The notes under the pieces: generated by a model
Databases searched by the model: none
Told to the model about the DNA's origin: nothing
The model's input: only the letters and a program-made list of their open reading frames with translations
In this document: positions 18,983 through 29,446 of the stretch, piece after piece
Layout: every line of letters starts with the position of its first letter
Position numbering within the stretch: position 1 is the first letter of the stretch
DNA from: a virus
Taxonomy: Duplodnaviria > Caudoviricetes
Virus record (IMG/VR): IMGVR_UViG_2932588108_000002
Location: 26,603-90,602 of that record
Length of the DNA stretch: 64,000 nucleotides
Direction: 5' to 3' (one strand)
Program-made: the position numbers and the translations under genes

Positions 18983-19449
18983 TGACCACGACGACTGTCG
19001 CCAGGATCACCCTCGCCCCGAGGGAGCAGCAGGTCCTCGAGGGCCTGGCCGACGGGAGCACGCTGGCCGTGGTCGCGCTGGACCTCAAGATCCGCGAGGG
19101 CACGGCTGCGGGCTACCTCAAGCTCGCCAAGCGCAAGCTGTACGGCATGAGCGAGAACGCTGCCGCGCTCGCCGTCGCCTACACCACCGAAGCCATCACC
19201 CGCCCGCAGCTCCTAGACCCCGAAGCGCTGTTCCTGCCCGATGACCAGCGTGACCTCGTGCCGCTCCTCGCCCGTGGCATGGCGGCCGCGCAGATGGCCA
19301 CCGAGCTGAAACGACCGGTCGACATCATCCGCAGGGACGGCCGTGACCTCCTGACCAATCTTCGGGCCAGGAACCGCGCCCACGCCATCAAGAGGTCCTG
19401 GGAGCTTCAGGTCCTGACTGCGGAGCAGGTGGTTGCATGGCTGCGCTAA
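18983..19449 (+). CDS. LuxR-type double-HTH regulator
   Basis: LAPREQQVLEGLADG...VALDLKIREGT and a second HTH LLARGM..AQMATEL; AGGAGG RBS before GTG 18983. Confidence 0.75.
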
Positions 19450-19832
19450 CCCCTTCCGTCCCGGACAAGGTTGAGGTCCTGGCGAACGTCGAGACGGTGC
19501 TCGCCTGGGACGTGAAGGGCCTTGAACGCCCGTCCCTCCAGGACGCGACGGGCATGGTCGAGCAGTTCACCGAGTTCGGCCGGACCGTCGCGGAGGACTT
19601 GCGGACCCAGTGCCTCGGCATTCCCGCGGACTCGGAGGCCGGGCGAAGTGCACAGACCATCCTCGGCGAAGCCGACCGTCGGCTTTATGCCTCACCCCCG
19701 AACCCCCTCAGCCAACAAGCGGCCACGCACCGCGCGCAGAACCTCGCCCGGCTCGTGAAGGGCCTGCTCCGCGCTGCCGGGCAGGTCAGCGAAGAACAGG
19801 CCCGCGCTGCACCGAGACCACTACGGAGATAA
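19437..19832 (+). CDS. DUF6415-like hypothetical protein
   Basis: TILGEADRRL...HRAQNLARLVKGLL; overlaps the LuxR stop. Confidence 0.55.
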   Translation: MAALTPSVPDKVEVLANVETVLAWDVKGLERPSLQDATGMVEQFTEFGRTVAEDLRTQCLGIPADSEAGRSAQTILGEADRRLYASPPNPLSQQAATHRAQNLARLVKGLLRAAGQVSEEQARAAPRPLRR

Positions 19833-20209
19833 CCCCCAGGACTGGGACCTCCTCCCTGGCCATGTGGACCACCGCGCCCGTGCGCGGAGGATCCAAGGCC
19901 GTCCCCCGAGGAGGAGGTGGCGCCAAGACATCGCGCCCCGGCCGCGCTCTGTGGGGGGGGAGCAAGCAGCCGGCCCGCTCAACCGCCGCCCGTCGTCGGC
20001 GACGGGCGGGTGCACCACCCGGTAACCGGTCCTGCGAAGACGGCTCGGTGCCGGACGTCACGTGTGGGGAGGAGCCCATCTCCTCCCACCGGGTTCCTCC
20101 CCACACGAAATTGCTCAACCCCAGATGCCGGGGTCCACGCGGTTCACCGCGTGAACCGATGACTCCGGAGCCCTTGCACCATCAGCCCACTGCCCCAAGG
20201 AGGCACGTA

Positions 20210-20398
20210 ATGACCGTTCAACTGGAGCACCCGGTCACCATTGAGCAGCTGCCCGTCGACGGCGCCGCTGTCACCGACGACCCGTTCCAGCTCGACATCA
20301 CCTTCATCGAGGGGACGCCTGCGACCGAGACGGTGCTGATGTGCAGCACCGGCGACAACTGCGGCAGCTCCTGCCCGAGCGCCTGCACCACCTCGTAA
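20210..20398 (+). CDS. lanA: FxLD-family class I lanthipeptide precursor
   Basis: AAGGAGG RBS; leader DPFQLDITFIE; core CSTGDNCGSSCPSACTTS (4 Cys, 8 Ser/Thr, 1 Asp). Confidence 0.92.
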   Translation: MTVQLEHPVTIEQLPVDGAAVTDDPFQLDITFIEGTPATETVLMCSTGDNCGSSCPSACTTS

Positions 20399-20414
20399 GA
20401 CAGGTCAGCCCGAT

Positions 20415-20453
20415 GGCGTGGGTCGGACGGAGCTGTTCCGTCCGGCCCGCGCC
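20415..20453 (+). terminator. Stem-loop after lanA
   Basis: GGCGTGGGTCGGACGGAG-ctg-TTCCGTCCGGCCCGCGCC with G-U pairs. Confidence 0.6.
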
Positions 20454-20479
20454 CCGCCTACCAAGAACGGAGTGAGGGG

Positions 20480-22516
20480 ATGACGCGCGTACGGCACAGC
20501 CTGTACCGAGCCGCCGGAGAACCAATGCTGCGTGCCGCAGTGAACCTCACCGAGCCGAGCATGCCTCCCTGGCCAGGTCCCACGGCCTCGCTTGAACAGT
20601 GGCGTGCGTGGCTGCGTGCGGTGTGGGCCGACGACACCTTCCAGCAAGCCGTAACCAGCGCCAGCCCAGATCTGGCACGCCAGGTTCAAGCAGTGCTCGC
20701 CGGGCGGTCTCCGGGAGTGCGCCGGGTGCGGCGGGCGGCACTGTCCACCGCCCGGTACGCGATCCGATACGCGCGCCGCCCCACTCCGTACGGTCTCTTC
20801 GCGGGCGTCGCGCGCGTCGAGTTCGCCGACACGGCGGAGGTCCGCGTCGGCGACGAGCACCTGGCTGTCGCCCGGCATGACCCGGTGGCGCTCGATGTGG
20901 CAATCAGCGGCTGGGAGGCGGACGGCAAGCGGATGGCTGACGTCGACGTGTGCGTCAACAACCTCGTTCAGAAGCGCGGCGAGCGCGTCTACGTCCCGTC
21001 CGAGGGCGCCTCGGAGTTCTCCCTCGCGCTGAGCCCCGCGCTCAAGTTGATTCTCGACGCCGCCCGCTCCCCGGTCCGGTACTCGGTCCTCGGCGACAAG
21101 CTCGCCGCCGACTTCCCCACCACGACCGCACAGCAACGAACCGGATTGCTCGGGGAGCTTCTGCACGTACGACTGCTCCGGTCGTCGCTACGCGCACCCG
21201 CTACGGTCATCGACCCCACCGACACGTTGCCGCCCGCGCTGCGTGACGAGGTCCGCGAAAGGACGGCGGCCCCCGATTTGCGGCTGGACGCCACGGTGCG
21301 GCTCCCGAGCACGGTCCTCACGGAAGCGGAGACAGCCGCGACCGTCCTCGCCCGGATCGCCGCGCACCCCAACGGCATCCCGGCTTGGCGCCGATGGATC
21401 GAGCAGTTCACCGAGCGCTACGGCGAGAGCGCCGAGATTCCGCTGAACCTGGTCCTGGACCCCGAAAAGGGCTTGGGCTTTCCCGACGGGTTCGGCCAGG
21501 TGTCCGAGCCTCCCCGCCCCATGGCTCGGCGCGACCGGCTGCTGCTGGAACTGGCCGGAACCGCAGCCGTCGAAGGCGCCCGCTCCGTTCCCCTGTCCGG
21601 CGCGATGATCGAAGAACTGGAGGCCGCCGCGGGCAAGCCCACCGCCACCGCGCCCCACCTCGAACTCGGCATGCGCCTCAACGCCCGCTCGACCCGCGCC
21701 CTGGAACGGGGGAACTTCCGGCTCCACGTATCCACCGTCTCCCGTTCGGCCGGCTCGATGACGGGCCGGTTCTGGCACCTGTTCCCGCACACCGGAGGGA
21801 CGTACACCGACCTGCCCACCGTCGAGCCCGGCGCGGAGCTGGCCCAGCTTTCCTTCCACGCCGGACGCGTGCCGGCCGACCTACTCACCCGCGCCCCGCG
21901 CGTGCTGCCCAGGGTGGTCAGCGTCGGCGAGTTCCGGCACCCCGAGGAAGGCGTGCTGTTCCCCTCCGACCTGGCCGTCGGCCTCCGCGACGGCCGCCCC
22001 TACCTCGCCGAGGCTGCCACCGGCACGCACCTGGAACTGCTCGCGCCAACCGCGCTGAACTTCCTGTGGAACAACTACACTCCGCCACTGGCCCGGTTCC
22101 TGGTCGAGATCAGCCGGGCCGCCACGCCACAGGTGACCTGGTTCGACTGGGGCTCGGCATGGACTCTGCCGTTCACCCCGGCGGTGCACTACCGCCGTTC
22201 GATCCTGGTGACGGCGCGATGGAAGGTGCGGGCCCGGGATCTGCCCGATCGCACCGCGTCGCTGGATGAGTGGGCCGAGCAACTGCACGCCTGGATGAGC
22301 CGATTCCGCGTGCCGGACCGCGTGCTCTTGGCCGAAGACGACCAACAGCTCCCGCTCGACCTGCGACACGACATGCACTTGGACCTGTTGCGCGCCCACC
22401 TGGCTGCCAGCCCGATCGGCGTCGCGACCCTGCACGATGCGCCGCCGCAAGACGCGGACGGCTGGATCGGTGGCAGGGCCCACAACCTCGTCGTCCCCCT
22501 GAAGGCCCGCTCATGA
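20480..22516 (+). CDS. lanB: Lanthipeptide dehydratase, glutamylation domain (split LanB)
   Basis: RYAIRYARRPTPYGLFAGV, SAGSMTGRF, PPLARFL, FTPAVHYRRSIL..ARW, DDQQLPLDL; no elimination domain. Confidence 0.9.
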   Translation: MTRVRHSLYRAAGEPMLRAAVNLTEPSMPPWPGPTASLEQWRAWLRAVWADDTFQQAVTSASPDLARQVQAVLAGRSPGVRRVRRAALSTARYAIRYARRPTPYGLFAGVARVEFADTAEVRVGDEHLAVARHDPVALDVAISGWEADGKRMADVDVCVNNLVQKRGERVYVPSEGASEFSLALSPALKLILDAARSPVRYSVLGDKLAADFPTTTAQQRTGLLGELLHVRLLRSSLRAPATVIDPTDTLPPALRDEVRERTAAPDLRLDATVRLPSTVLTEAETAATVLARIAAHPNGIPAWRRWIEQFTERYGESAEIPLNLVLDPEKGLGFPDGFGQVSEPPRPMARRDRLLLELAGTAAVEGARSVPLSGAMIEELEAAAGKPTATAPHLELGMRLNARSTRALERGNFRLHVSTVSRSAGSMTGRFWHLFPHTGGTYTDLPTVEPGAELAQLSFHAGRVPADLLTRAPRVLPRVVSVGEFRHPEEGVLFPSDLAVGLRDGRPYLAEAATGTHLELLAPTALNFLWNNYTPPLARFLVEISRAATPQVTWFDWGSAWTLPFTPAVHYRRSILVTARWKVRARDLPDRTASLDEWAEQLHAWMSRFRVPDRVLLAEDDQQLPLDLRHDMHLDLLRAHLAASPIGVATLHDAPPQDADGWIGGRAHNLVVPLKARS

Positions 22517-23586
22517 CGGCAACAGCGATTCCAACCCGCACGCAGGATCTCTCCGAGGGCACCCTCGGGATGGCGCTGCTCCACATCGAGCGCGGTGATC
22601 ACTTGGCCGCGCGGCGCTACCTCGCCCAGGCCGTGGCGGGCGGCGTCAGCGCCGGAGGCAACGCCTCGCTGTTCCACGGTGCCCCCGCATTGGAGTTCGT
22701 GCTCTCTCGCGCCGGACATGCCGGCCGTGTAGTCCGTGACGCCGTCGACCGCGTCGTGGACTCCCGGCTGGCCGCCGCCCATCGGCGGAAGGCTGCGGGC
22801 ACGCTGCCTCATCTGGCAGAGTTCGACCTCATCCGCGGGCTGACCGGGCTGGGCGCACTGCTGCTGACCCGAGGCGCGGACTCGCCCCGGCTCCGGAAAG
22901 TGCTGGCCTACCTCGTGTCCCTGGCGCAGCCGGTCCGCATCGAGGACCGGGAGCTGCCGGGCTGGTGGTCCGCGGCTGGGCCTGGCGGGGAGGAGATGCC
23001 CGGCGGGCACAGCAACAACGGTGTTGCTCACGGCGTCGCCGGTCCCTTGGCGGTGCTCTCTCTCGCCGTGCGGCACGACGTCCATGTGCCGGGACAACTC
23101 GACGCCATCGAGGTATTCGCGCGCTGGCTCGACACGTACGGCACCCGTTATTGGACCACGTACGACGAACTGCTGGTCAACGCGCCGCCCGAACCTCAGC
23201 TCGCGCGCCAGTCCTGGTGCTACGGCCAACCCGGCATCGCCCGCGCCCAGCAGCTTGCCGCACTCGCGCTCGGCGATTCGATCCGTCGGCAGGCGGCAGA
23301 GGCCACCGTCCTGAGGACCCTGACCGACCCGTCCCACCTCGGCCGGATCGTCGACGCAACGCTGTGCCACGGATGGGCCGGACTCGTGACGATCGCTCGC
23401 GCCGTCGCTGCTGACAGCCCCACGCCAGAGCGCTTCTCCCCAGTGATTGACGACCTGAGCAGGCGTCTGGCCGCGGACCTAGACCGACTGCCCAAGCCCG
23501 GCTTCATGGAGGGCCGCAGCGGAGCGCACCTGGCCGTTGACGGCACGAACACCACGGACTGGACCAGCGTCCTGCTGATCACCTGA
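22513..23586 (+). CDS. lanC: Lanthionine cyclase LanC
   Basis: FDLIRGLTG, GVAHGVAG, SWCYGQPG and LCHGWAG Zn ligands; ATGA overlap with lanB. Confidence 0.92.
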   Translation: MTATAIPTRTQDLSEGTLGMALLHIERGDHLAARRYLAQAVAGGVSAGGNASLFHGAPALEFVLSRAGHAGRVVRDAVDRVVDSRLAAAHRRKAAGTLPHLAEFDLIRGLTGLGALLLTRGADSPRLRKVLAYLVSLAQPVRIEDRELPGWWSAAGPGGEEMPGGHSNNGVAHGVAGPLAVLSLAVRHDVHVPGQLDAIEVFARWLDTYGTRYWTTYDELLVNAPPEPQLARQSWCYGQPGIARAQQLAALALGDSIRRQAAEATVLRTLTDPSHLGRIVDATLCHGWAGLVTIARAVAADSPTPERFSPVIDDLSRRLAADLDRLPKPGFMEGRSGAHLAVDGTNTTDWTSVLLIT

Positions 23587-23631
23587 CCCGCCCTCAACCG
23601 AACTGACGCCCCCGACAAGGAGCCCCAGCCG

Positions 23632-25683
23632 ATGGACTTCGACGACGAGAACCTTCCGATCACGGCCGATACAACCTGGTGGCATGCCAGCGTGGCGTTT
23701 CCTGGGCGGGCGGTGAGTAGTGAGGCCGCTCAGGCACTGGCGGCCGCGCTGGATAACCAGCGCTTCCACTTCCTCCGTAAGGACACAGGTCTTCGGCTGC
23801 GCACCGAGCGTCCCGTCGGCACTCTGCTGGACCGCCTCGTCGCCGACCATCTGGCCACGGGATGGGTCGGCGGCATCTACGAGCCGGAGACCGAGGCGTT
23901 CGGTGGCCCGGAGGGTATGGACGTGGCGCACGACGTGTTCTGCGCCGACAGCCCCAGCGCCCTGTTCGAGACCGGCCTGCCCGGTGGCCGAGAGTGCGCT
24001 GTACTGCTGCTCTCCGCCATGATCCGCTCGGCGGGACTGGACCCGTTCGAGGCCGGGGACGTCTGGGCGAAACTCGGCGCCCTGCGGCCGCCCGTCATCC
24101 CGCCCACCGGCCCCGCGCGCGACCAGGCGGTGAGCGCCATGCGGCGGCTGATGAACGCCGACTCGGCGCAGCGGCCGGACGCTGAACCCGGATGGGCCGA
24201 ACGTCTCGCCGCCTTCGAGAACGCTGGCCTTCGCCTGCGCAAGCTCGCCACTGATGGGCGCCTGATACGCGGCCTGCGCGCCGTTCTCGCCCATCACGCG
24301 ATCTTCGCGTTCAACCGTGCGGGAGTACCTGCCGCCGAGCAGGCCGCTACCGCATGGCTAGGCCGCGAGGTCGCCTTTGCCGCAGGCGAAGGGGCCGACG
24401 TGTCTACTCGCCGGTTCACTTCCCCGGACCCTAATGTCGCTCGAATGGAGACCACCGTGACACCCGTTACTGACGCCGCCGACATGCGTGAAGCCCTGGT
24501 GAACCGCCTTGTCGGCAGCGGCCATCTGCGCACCCCCGCCGTCATCGATGCCTTCCGCACCACCGAGCGCCACCAGTTTCTTCCCGGCGTCGACCTCGAA
24601 TCGGCGTACAAGGAGGACGCGGTGTCCATCAAGGAGGACGAGCACGGCGAGATGATCTCCTGCATCTCCGCACCCTCGATCGTCGCCACCCAGCTCGAAC
24701 AGCTCGGTGCGCAGCCAGGAGACAAGGTCCTGGAAGCCGGGGCCGCCACCGGCTACAACGCCCGCCTGCTGGGCAAGCTCGTGGCTCCCGGCGGTCACGT
24801 GTGGACCGTGGACGTCGACCAGGACCTCGTCGACGGCGCGAGCAAGAACCTCGCCGAGGCCGGGGCTACGAACGTGACGGCGGTGCTGGCCGACGGTGCT
24901 GCCGGCCTCCCGGAGCATGCCCCGTACCACCGCATCCAGTTCACGGTTGGCGCAGGCGACGTGCCGGTGAAGATCCTCGATCAGCTCGCCCCCGGCGGAC
25001 GCCTGGTCCTGCCGATGCGGATTCGCGGCAGCATCTCCCGCAGCTTCGCCTTCGAGCGGGACGGCGACGCCTGGAAGACCGTCTCATGCGAAATGTCGAC
25101 CTTCGTGCCCCTGCGCAAGGGCGTCTGCGACGACATCTACACCTTGGTGCCCATGGAAGGTGAGGGCAACGTCCGCCTGGAAACCTTCAGCGAGCAGACC
25201 GTCGACCGCGACGCGATCCGCACCGTCCTCGACCAGAAGCAGGCCAAGGTCTACACCGGCGTGAAGTTCCGGCAGGGCGACCCCTGGGAGTGGCTGTACC
25301 TGTACCTGGCCTCCGTGCTGCCCAACGGTCTGTCCCGCCTGCCCGGCCAGCGCCCCGGTTTCACCCCACACTTCGGCTGGGGCTCCATGGCCGCGCTCGA
25401 CGGCGACAGCCTGGCCTACCTGGCCATCCGCGAGGGCGAGGACGACAAGGGCCGCTTCTGGGAGATCGGCGTCATCGGCCACGGCTCCCGTGCCACCGAA
25501 CTCGCCGACCAGGTCGCGGGCGAGATCCGCGACTGGGATGAGGGCTGGGGCAACACCGCGCCGGAGCCCACCTTCCGCATGGCCGTCGGCGACGCCCGCG
25601 ACAAGATCACGGCCGCCGACCCGCGCTTCATCATCGACAAGGCGTACAGCCGCCTTGTCGTCGACTGGCCGCGCAAGGGCTGA
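23632..25683 (+). CDS. fxlM: FxLD-system methyltransferase: LanB elimination domain fused to a PIMT-like O-methyltransferase
   Basis: N-terminal FHFLRK...YEPETEAFGGPEGM.VAHDVFCADS...HHAIFAFNR; C-terminal SCISAPSIV, VLEAGAATGYNA, QLAPGGRLVLP. Confidence 0.88.
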   Translation: MDFDDENLPITADTTWWHASVAFPGRAVSSEAAQALAAALDNQRFHFLRKDTGLRLRTERPVGTLLDRLVADHLATGWVGGIYEPETEAFGGPEGMDVAHDVFCADSPSALFETGLPGGRECAVLLLSAMIRSAGLDPFEAGDVWAKLGALRPPVIPPTGPARDQAVSAMRRLMNADSAQRPDAEPGWAERLAAFENAGLRLRKLATDGRLIRGLRAVLAHHAIFAFNRAGVPAAEQAATAWLGREVAFAAGEGADVSTRRFTSPDPNVARMETTVTPVTDAADMREALVNRLVGSGHLRTPAVIDAFRTTERHQFLPGVDLESAYKEDAVSIKEDEHGEMISCISAPSIVATQLEQLGAQPGDKVLEAGAATGYNARLLGKLVAPGGHVWTVDVDQDLVDGASKNLAEAGATNVTAVLADGAAGLPEHAPYHRIQFTVGAGDVPVKILDQLAPGGRLVLPMRIRGSISRSFAFERDGDAWKTVSCEMSTFVPLRKGVCDDIYTLVPMEGEGNVRLETFSEQTVDRDAIRTVLDQKQAKVYTGVKFRQGDPWEWLYLYLASVLPNGLSRLPGQRPGFTPHFGWGSMAALDGDSLAYLAIREGEDDKGRFWEIGVIGHGSRATELADQVAGEIRDWDEGWGNTAPEPTFRMAVGDARDKITAADPRFIIDKAYSRLVVDWPRKG

Positions 25684-25687
25684 GCCC

Positions 25688-26785
25688 GTGATCCCCGCGA
25701 TAGCCAGCCGCATCCCGCTAGTCCGTCGTCCCAAGGCGCCGGCGCTCCCGCTGGACGAGCGAATCACCCACCTCACCGGGCTGACTATCGCGCCCGCTGA
25801 CGCGGGTCACCATGACCTGGTGGCCCGCGCCAGTGGCGTCCTCAACTACGCCGCTCTGATCGCCTCCGACGTCGGATTACCCGACCTGGCGGCTGACCTG
25901 TGCTGGAGGCAGCACCGGGTCTTCGCCGACGCCGGGCGCCTCACTGGCGGCATCGCCGTGATGTCGCTGATGCCCCTCATCAACATCTCCCGGCTACTGA
26001 CCCGCGAGGGCGACGGCAAGGCCGCCTACGACGTCCTCACTCGGCTGTACCGCGCCGCCCAGAAACGCGATACCGCCGAGATCCACGGCCACACCGTCGA
26101 CCTCGCAGCCTTGATCGACACAGACGCCGACCACCGCAAGGTCTGCGAGGAGCTGTGGATCACCGTGCTCGTCGACGGTGCCAGAGCCCTGGCACGGATC
26201 GGCCGATGGACCGAGGCCGCCAAAGCCATGACCTCGTACCGCGGCATCGGCAACCGCCTCCTCGACGGCCGCCAAATCGAGATCATGGCCCTGATGGAAC
26301 GCGGCCTCGATCAGCAGGCCCGCGACACGATCGACGCCACCGCCCCGACTGAGCCGTGGGAGAACACCATCGCGGCTCTCCTGCGTGTCTACTGTCGGCC
26401 CCCGTCGGCAGTCGTGCCGCAATCAGACCTGGAACTCGTGCTGAGCAAAGTGGCCACGCTGATCGCCGAACCTGACCCCTCAACCGCCGTCTTCCAGACC
26501 CGAGCTGGTCTCGCCGCGCTCGATCTGGTCCACAACCGGACGAGCCCCAACGTGGGCCCGTTGAACGACGCAGTCGCCAACGCGGCTGCTCTGGATGCAT
26601 GCGCCGCCCGGGACGTCCTGACCCACGCTGCCGCGTGCTCGTCCCTGACCGGCGAGCAGAGTCGGAAGCTGGACACCGCGATCGCCTCGTCGGGGCTGGG
26701 GGCGGGGCGCCTGCCCGAGCACCACATGCACGCACTCACGGAAGCTGTCGACAAGGGCGAAGTCGCGCTTCGCAGCCTCCTGTGA
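25688..26785 (+). CDS. Hypothetical helical protein of FxLD clusters
   Basis: RIPLVRRPK...VLNYAALIASDVGLPDLA..LCWRQH...LLDGRQ; in-frame TTA 25877-25879. Confidence 0.7.
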   Translation: MIPAIASRIPLVRRPKAPALPLDERITHLTGLTIAPADAGHHDLVARASGVLNYAALIASDVGLPDLAADLCWRQHRVFADAGRLTGGIAVMSLMPLINISRLLTREGDGKAAYDVLTRLYRAAQKRDTAEIHGHTVDLAALIDTDADHRKVCEELWITVLVDGARALARIGRWTEAAKAMTSYRGIGNRLLDGRQIEIMALMERGLDQQARDTIDATAPTEPWENTIAALLRVYCRPPSAVVPQSDLELVLSKVATLIAEPDPSTAVFQTRAGLAALDLVHNRTSPNVGPLNDAVANAAALDACAARDVLTHAAACSSLTGEQSRKLDTAIASSGLGAGRLPEHHMHALTEAVDKGEVALRSLL

Positions 26786-27119
26786 CTCCACACGTACACC
26801 GAACGCCCAAATAGCAGGAGATGCCTGCTAGTTGGGCGACTTGACGTTGTCGGACTCAGTGGCGACAGCCCGTCGCCTCTTGGGAGGCAGACACTCGCTG
26901 GAAACCTCATCCATCACAGGCGCATCAGGTGTCGGCGATTCGGCCAAGTCGCGCCACTCAAGAACGGCCCTATCACCGCGTCCACACGTTCGTTCCCTTG
27001 CGCCTCAAGGCCCCCAGTGCGTCCGAAATCGAGCGCGTTCGATTCCGCTGTTGCGTCGTTATGCCGTGCATCGCCGAGCCATCCAGGTGCGACCCCCGAC
27101 CCCCCCAGGAGGGACACAG

Positions 27120-29009
27120 GTGACTGTGACTGACGCCTCTACTGCAAACGCTGAGACGCCACCCCCTCCGCCACCTGCGGAGATCCGCTACAGCGGCGAG
27201 TACTCCATCAACCCGCTCGGCGATGTGTCGTTCGCCCACATGTGCGCTCGCCTGCCGTCCGTGCTGCGCCGCATCTCTCGAATGGCCTGGCACCTCGACC
27301 GCACGGCCGTTCTCCTCCTCGCCGCCTGCCAACTGGTCACAGGCGCCGCCGCCGCAGTCGGTCTGACCGCGACCGCTCGCGCCATGCGACCCGTTCTTGG
27401 CCCCGGAGCTGTGACCGACCGTCTTCATCAGGCACTACCCGCGCTGCTCGTCGTGGCCGGCGCGGCGGCACTCGGACGGCTGTCCAGCGCGCTCGCCTCG
27501 TACGCGGGTCGCAGGCTCACCCCGCACCTGACGACCTATGCGGACACCTCGCTGGTCGAGGCGGTGTGCCGAGTCGAAGTCGCTGCCTACGCCCAGGACG
27601 GCTTCGCCGACCGGCAAGAAGCCGCCGAGATGGGCGTGGTGCGCACGACCGTGATGGTGAACGACGCACAGCGATTCATGGCCGCTCTCATCAGGATGGT
27701 GGCCGCGAGCGGAGTGTTGTCCGTGCTGCACTGGGCGATGCTGCCGCTGCTCCTCCTCGCCGTCCTGCCGGCCGGAGTCGGCGCGGTTCTCACCGCGCGC
27801 GTCGACTACGAAATGCACTACGCGAACGTGTCGGACCGCAATGTGCGCCACATGATGCGCTGGTGGGCCACCACGCCGAAACACGGGGACGAAGTCCGCG
27901 CCAACGGCATGACCGGCTATCTGCTGTTCTGGTATCGGTCACTGTCCGAGCGCATCGACCGCCGTCTGCTGGACTCCGCTCCACGCACCTTGCGCATCAC
28001 CCTGCTGTCCGCGACGGCTGGCGGCTTCTTCCTGCTCCTGGCCTGGGCCGCCCTCGCCTGGCTGGCCACCACCGGGCGCATCGAACTCGCCGTTGCCGCG
28101 ACCGCGGTCGTCGCCGTTCAGACCACGCTCGTAGCGCTTTCCCAAGTGGTCATCAACGGGGCGGCCCTGTTCCATACCAGCCTCTACCTGACCGACATGC
28201 AGACGTTTCTCGACGACGCCGCACAACGGGCCCCACAGCGTGGTGAGTTGGAGGCTCCCGCGACCGTGGAGGAAATCCGGATCGACGACGTGGTCTACCA
28301 ATACCCTGGCAAGGACAGCCCGGCCGTCGACGGCGTATCCCTCACGCTGCGCCGTGGCGAGATCCTGGCCATCGTCGGCGAGAACGGCAGCGGCAAGTCC
28401 ACCCTCCTGCGCTTGATCACCGGCATCTACCTGGCAGACAAGGGGCGCGTTCTGTGGAACGGCGCAGACCTCTCCACCCTTTCCCAGGACAGCGTCTGGG
28501 CCCGTACAGGACTCGTGCCGCAGCTCTTTGCCCAGTGGCCGCTGCGCGTGCGCGAGAATGTCACGCTCGGGCAGCCGCGGACCCGCGATGACCTGCCTGT
28601 CTGGGAAGCGATCGACGCCGTAGGCATGCGAGAGGCGGTCGAGGCGCTGCCGGACGGTATCGAGACGCTGCTTGCCCGGGAAGTCTTCGGGGGCGCCGAA
28701 CTCTCCGGCGGGCAGTGGCAGCGCTTGGCCTGTTCTCGCGCGATCTACAGGCGCCCTGAAGTACTCATCCTGGACGAACCCACCTCCCAGATGGACGCCC
28801 GCGGTGAGCATCAGATCTTCGAGAAGATCAAACGCGGCGCTGCTGGCCGCATCACAATCGTGGTCACTCACCAGTTGGAAAACACCCGCCTCGCCGACCG
28901 CATCCTCGTCATGGACAAAGGCCGAGTCATTGAGCACGGCCAGTACGAGGAACTGGTCAACTCCGACGGACTGTTCGCCGAGCTCGTGGCCCTGACCCAA
29001 GACCGATGA
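27120..29009 (+). CDS. ABC transporter, fused permease/ATP-binding (peptide exporter)
   Basis: Several TM segments, Walker A GENGSGKST, LSGGQWQR, ILDEPT, VTH; AGGAGG RBS before GTG 27120. Confidence 0.92.
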   Translation: MTVTDASTANAETPPPPPPAEIRYSGEYSINPLGDVSFAHMCARLPSVLRRISRMAWHLDRTAVLLLAACQLVTGAAAAVGLTATARAMRPVLGPGAVTDRLHQALPALLVVAGAAALGRLSSALASYAGRRLTPHLTTYADTSLVEAVCRVEVAAYAQDGFADRQEAAEMGVVRTTVMVNDAQRFMAALIRMVAASGVLSVLHWAMLPLLLLAVLPAGVGAVLTARVDYEMHYANVSDRNVRHMMRWWATTPKHGDEVRANGMTGYLLFWYRSLSERIDRRLLDSAPRTLRITLLSATAGGFFLLLAWAALAWLATTGRIELAVAATAVVAVQTTLVALSQVVINGAALFHTSLYLTDMQTFLDDAAQRAPQRGELEAPATVEEIRIDDVVYQYPGKDSPAVDGVSLTLRRGEILAIVGENGSGKSTLLRLITGIYLADKGRVLWNGADLSTLSQDSVWARTGLVPQLFAQWPLRVRENVTLGQPRTRDDLPVWEAIDAVGMREAVEALPDGIETLLAREVFGGAELSGGQWQRLACSRAIYRRPEVLILDEPTSQMDARGEHQIFEKIKRGAAGRITIVVTHQLENTRLADRILVMDKGRVIEHGQYEELVNSDGLFAELVALTQDR

Positions 29010-29446
29010 CCCGTACCGGCGCAGAGTCGTTCCCCGCCGCCCCCACGCACAGAAGCGAGACACGCATGGCTGATACCTGGCAGACGATCGCCCGCCTTGC
29101 TGGCCGGTTGGAAGACCACTCGGTCCTTCCCCGCGAGCAACGCATCTTGCTCCAGCTCCTCAAGATTCAGGAGGAGGCAGGCGAGGTCGCCGAAGCGGTG
29201 ATCGGAGCCATGGGGCAGAACCCCCGCAAGGGGCACTCGCACACGTGGGATGACGTCGAAGCCGAGGTCTGCGACGTCATCGTCACCGGCATGGTCGCCC
29301 TGGCCCGCATGAACCTCGATGCCGAGGCCGTGTTCGCGCGGCACATGGACCGCATCGCCTCTCGGGACCTGATGGCGCAGGGCGAGGCCAGCGACGCTCG
29401 GACCGTGAGCAGCCACCCCGACGCGACGACGGGACGGCAGAGTTGA
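29006..29446 (+). CDS. MazG-like nucleotide pyrophosphohydrolase
   Basis: KIQEEAGEVAEAV...NPRKG...EVCDV; start could be ATG 29066. Confidence 0.85.
   Translation: MTRTGAESFPAAPTHRSETRMADTWQTIARLAGRLEDHSVLPREQRILLQLLKIQEEAGEVAEAVIGAMGQNPRKGHSHTWDDVEAEVCDVIVTGMVALARMNLDAEAVFARHMDRIASRDLMAQGEASDARTVSSHPDATTGRQS

Noticed and set aside
19610-20209. 262-aa ORF extending lanA upstream
   Set aside because: Low-complexity extension; AAGGAGG fixes the start at 20210.
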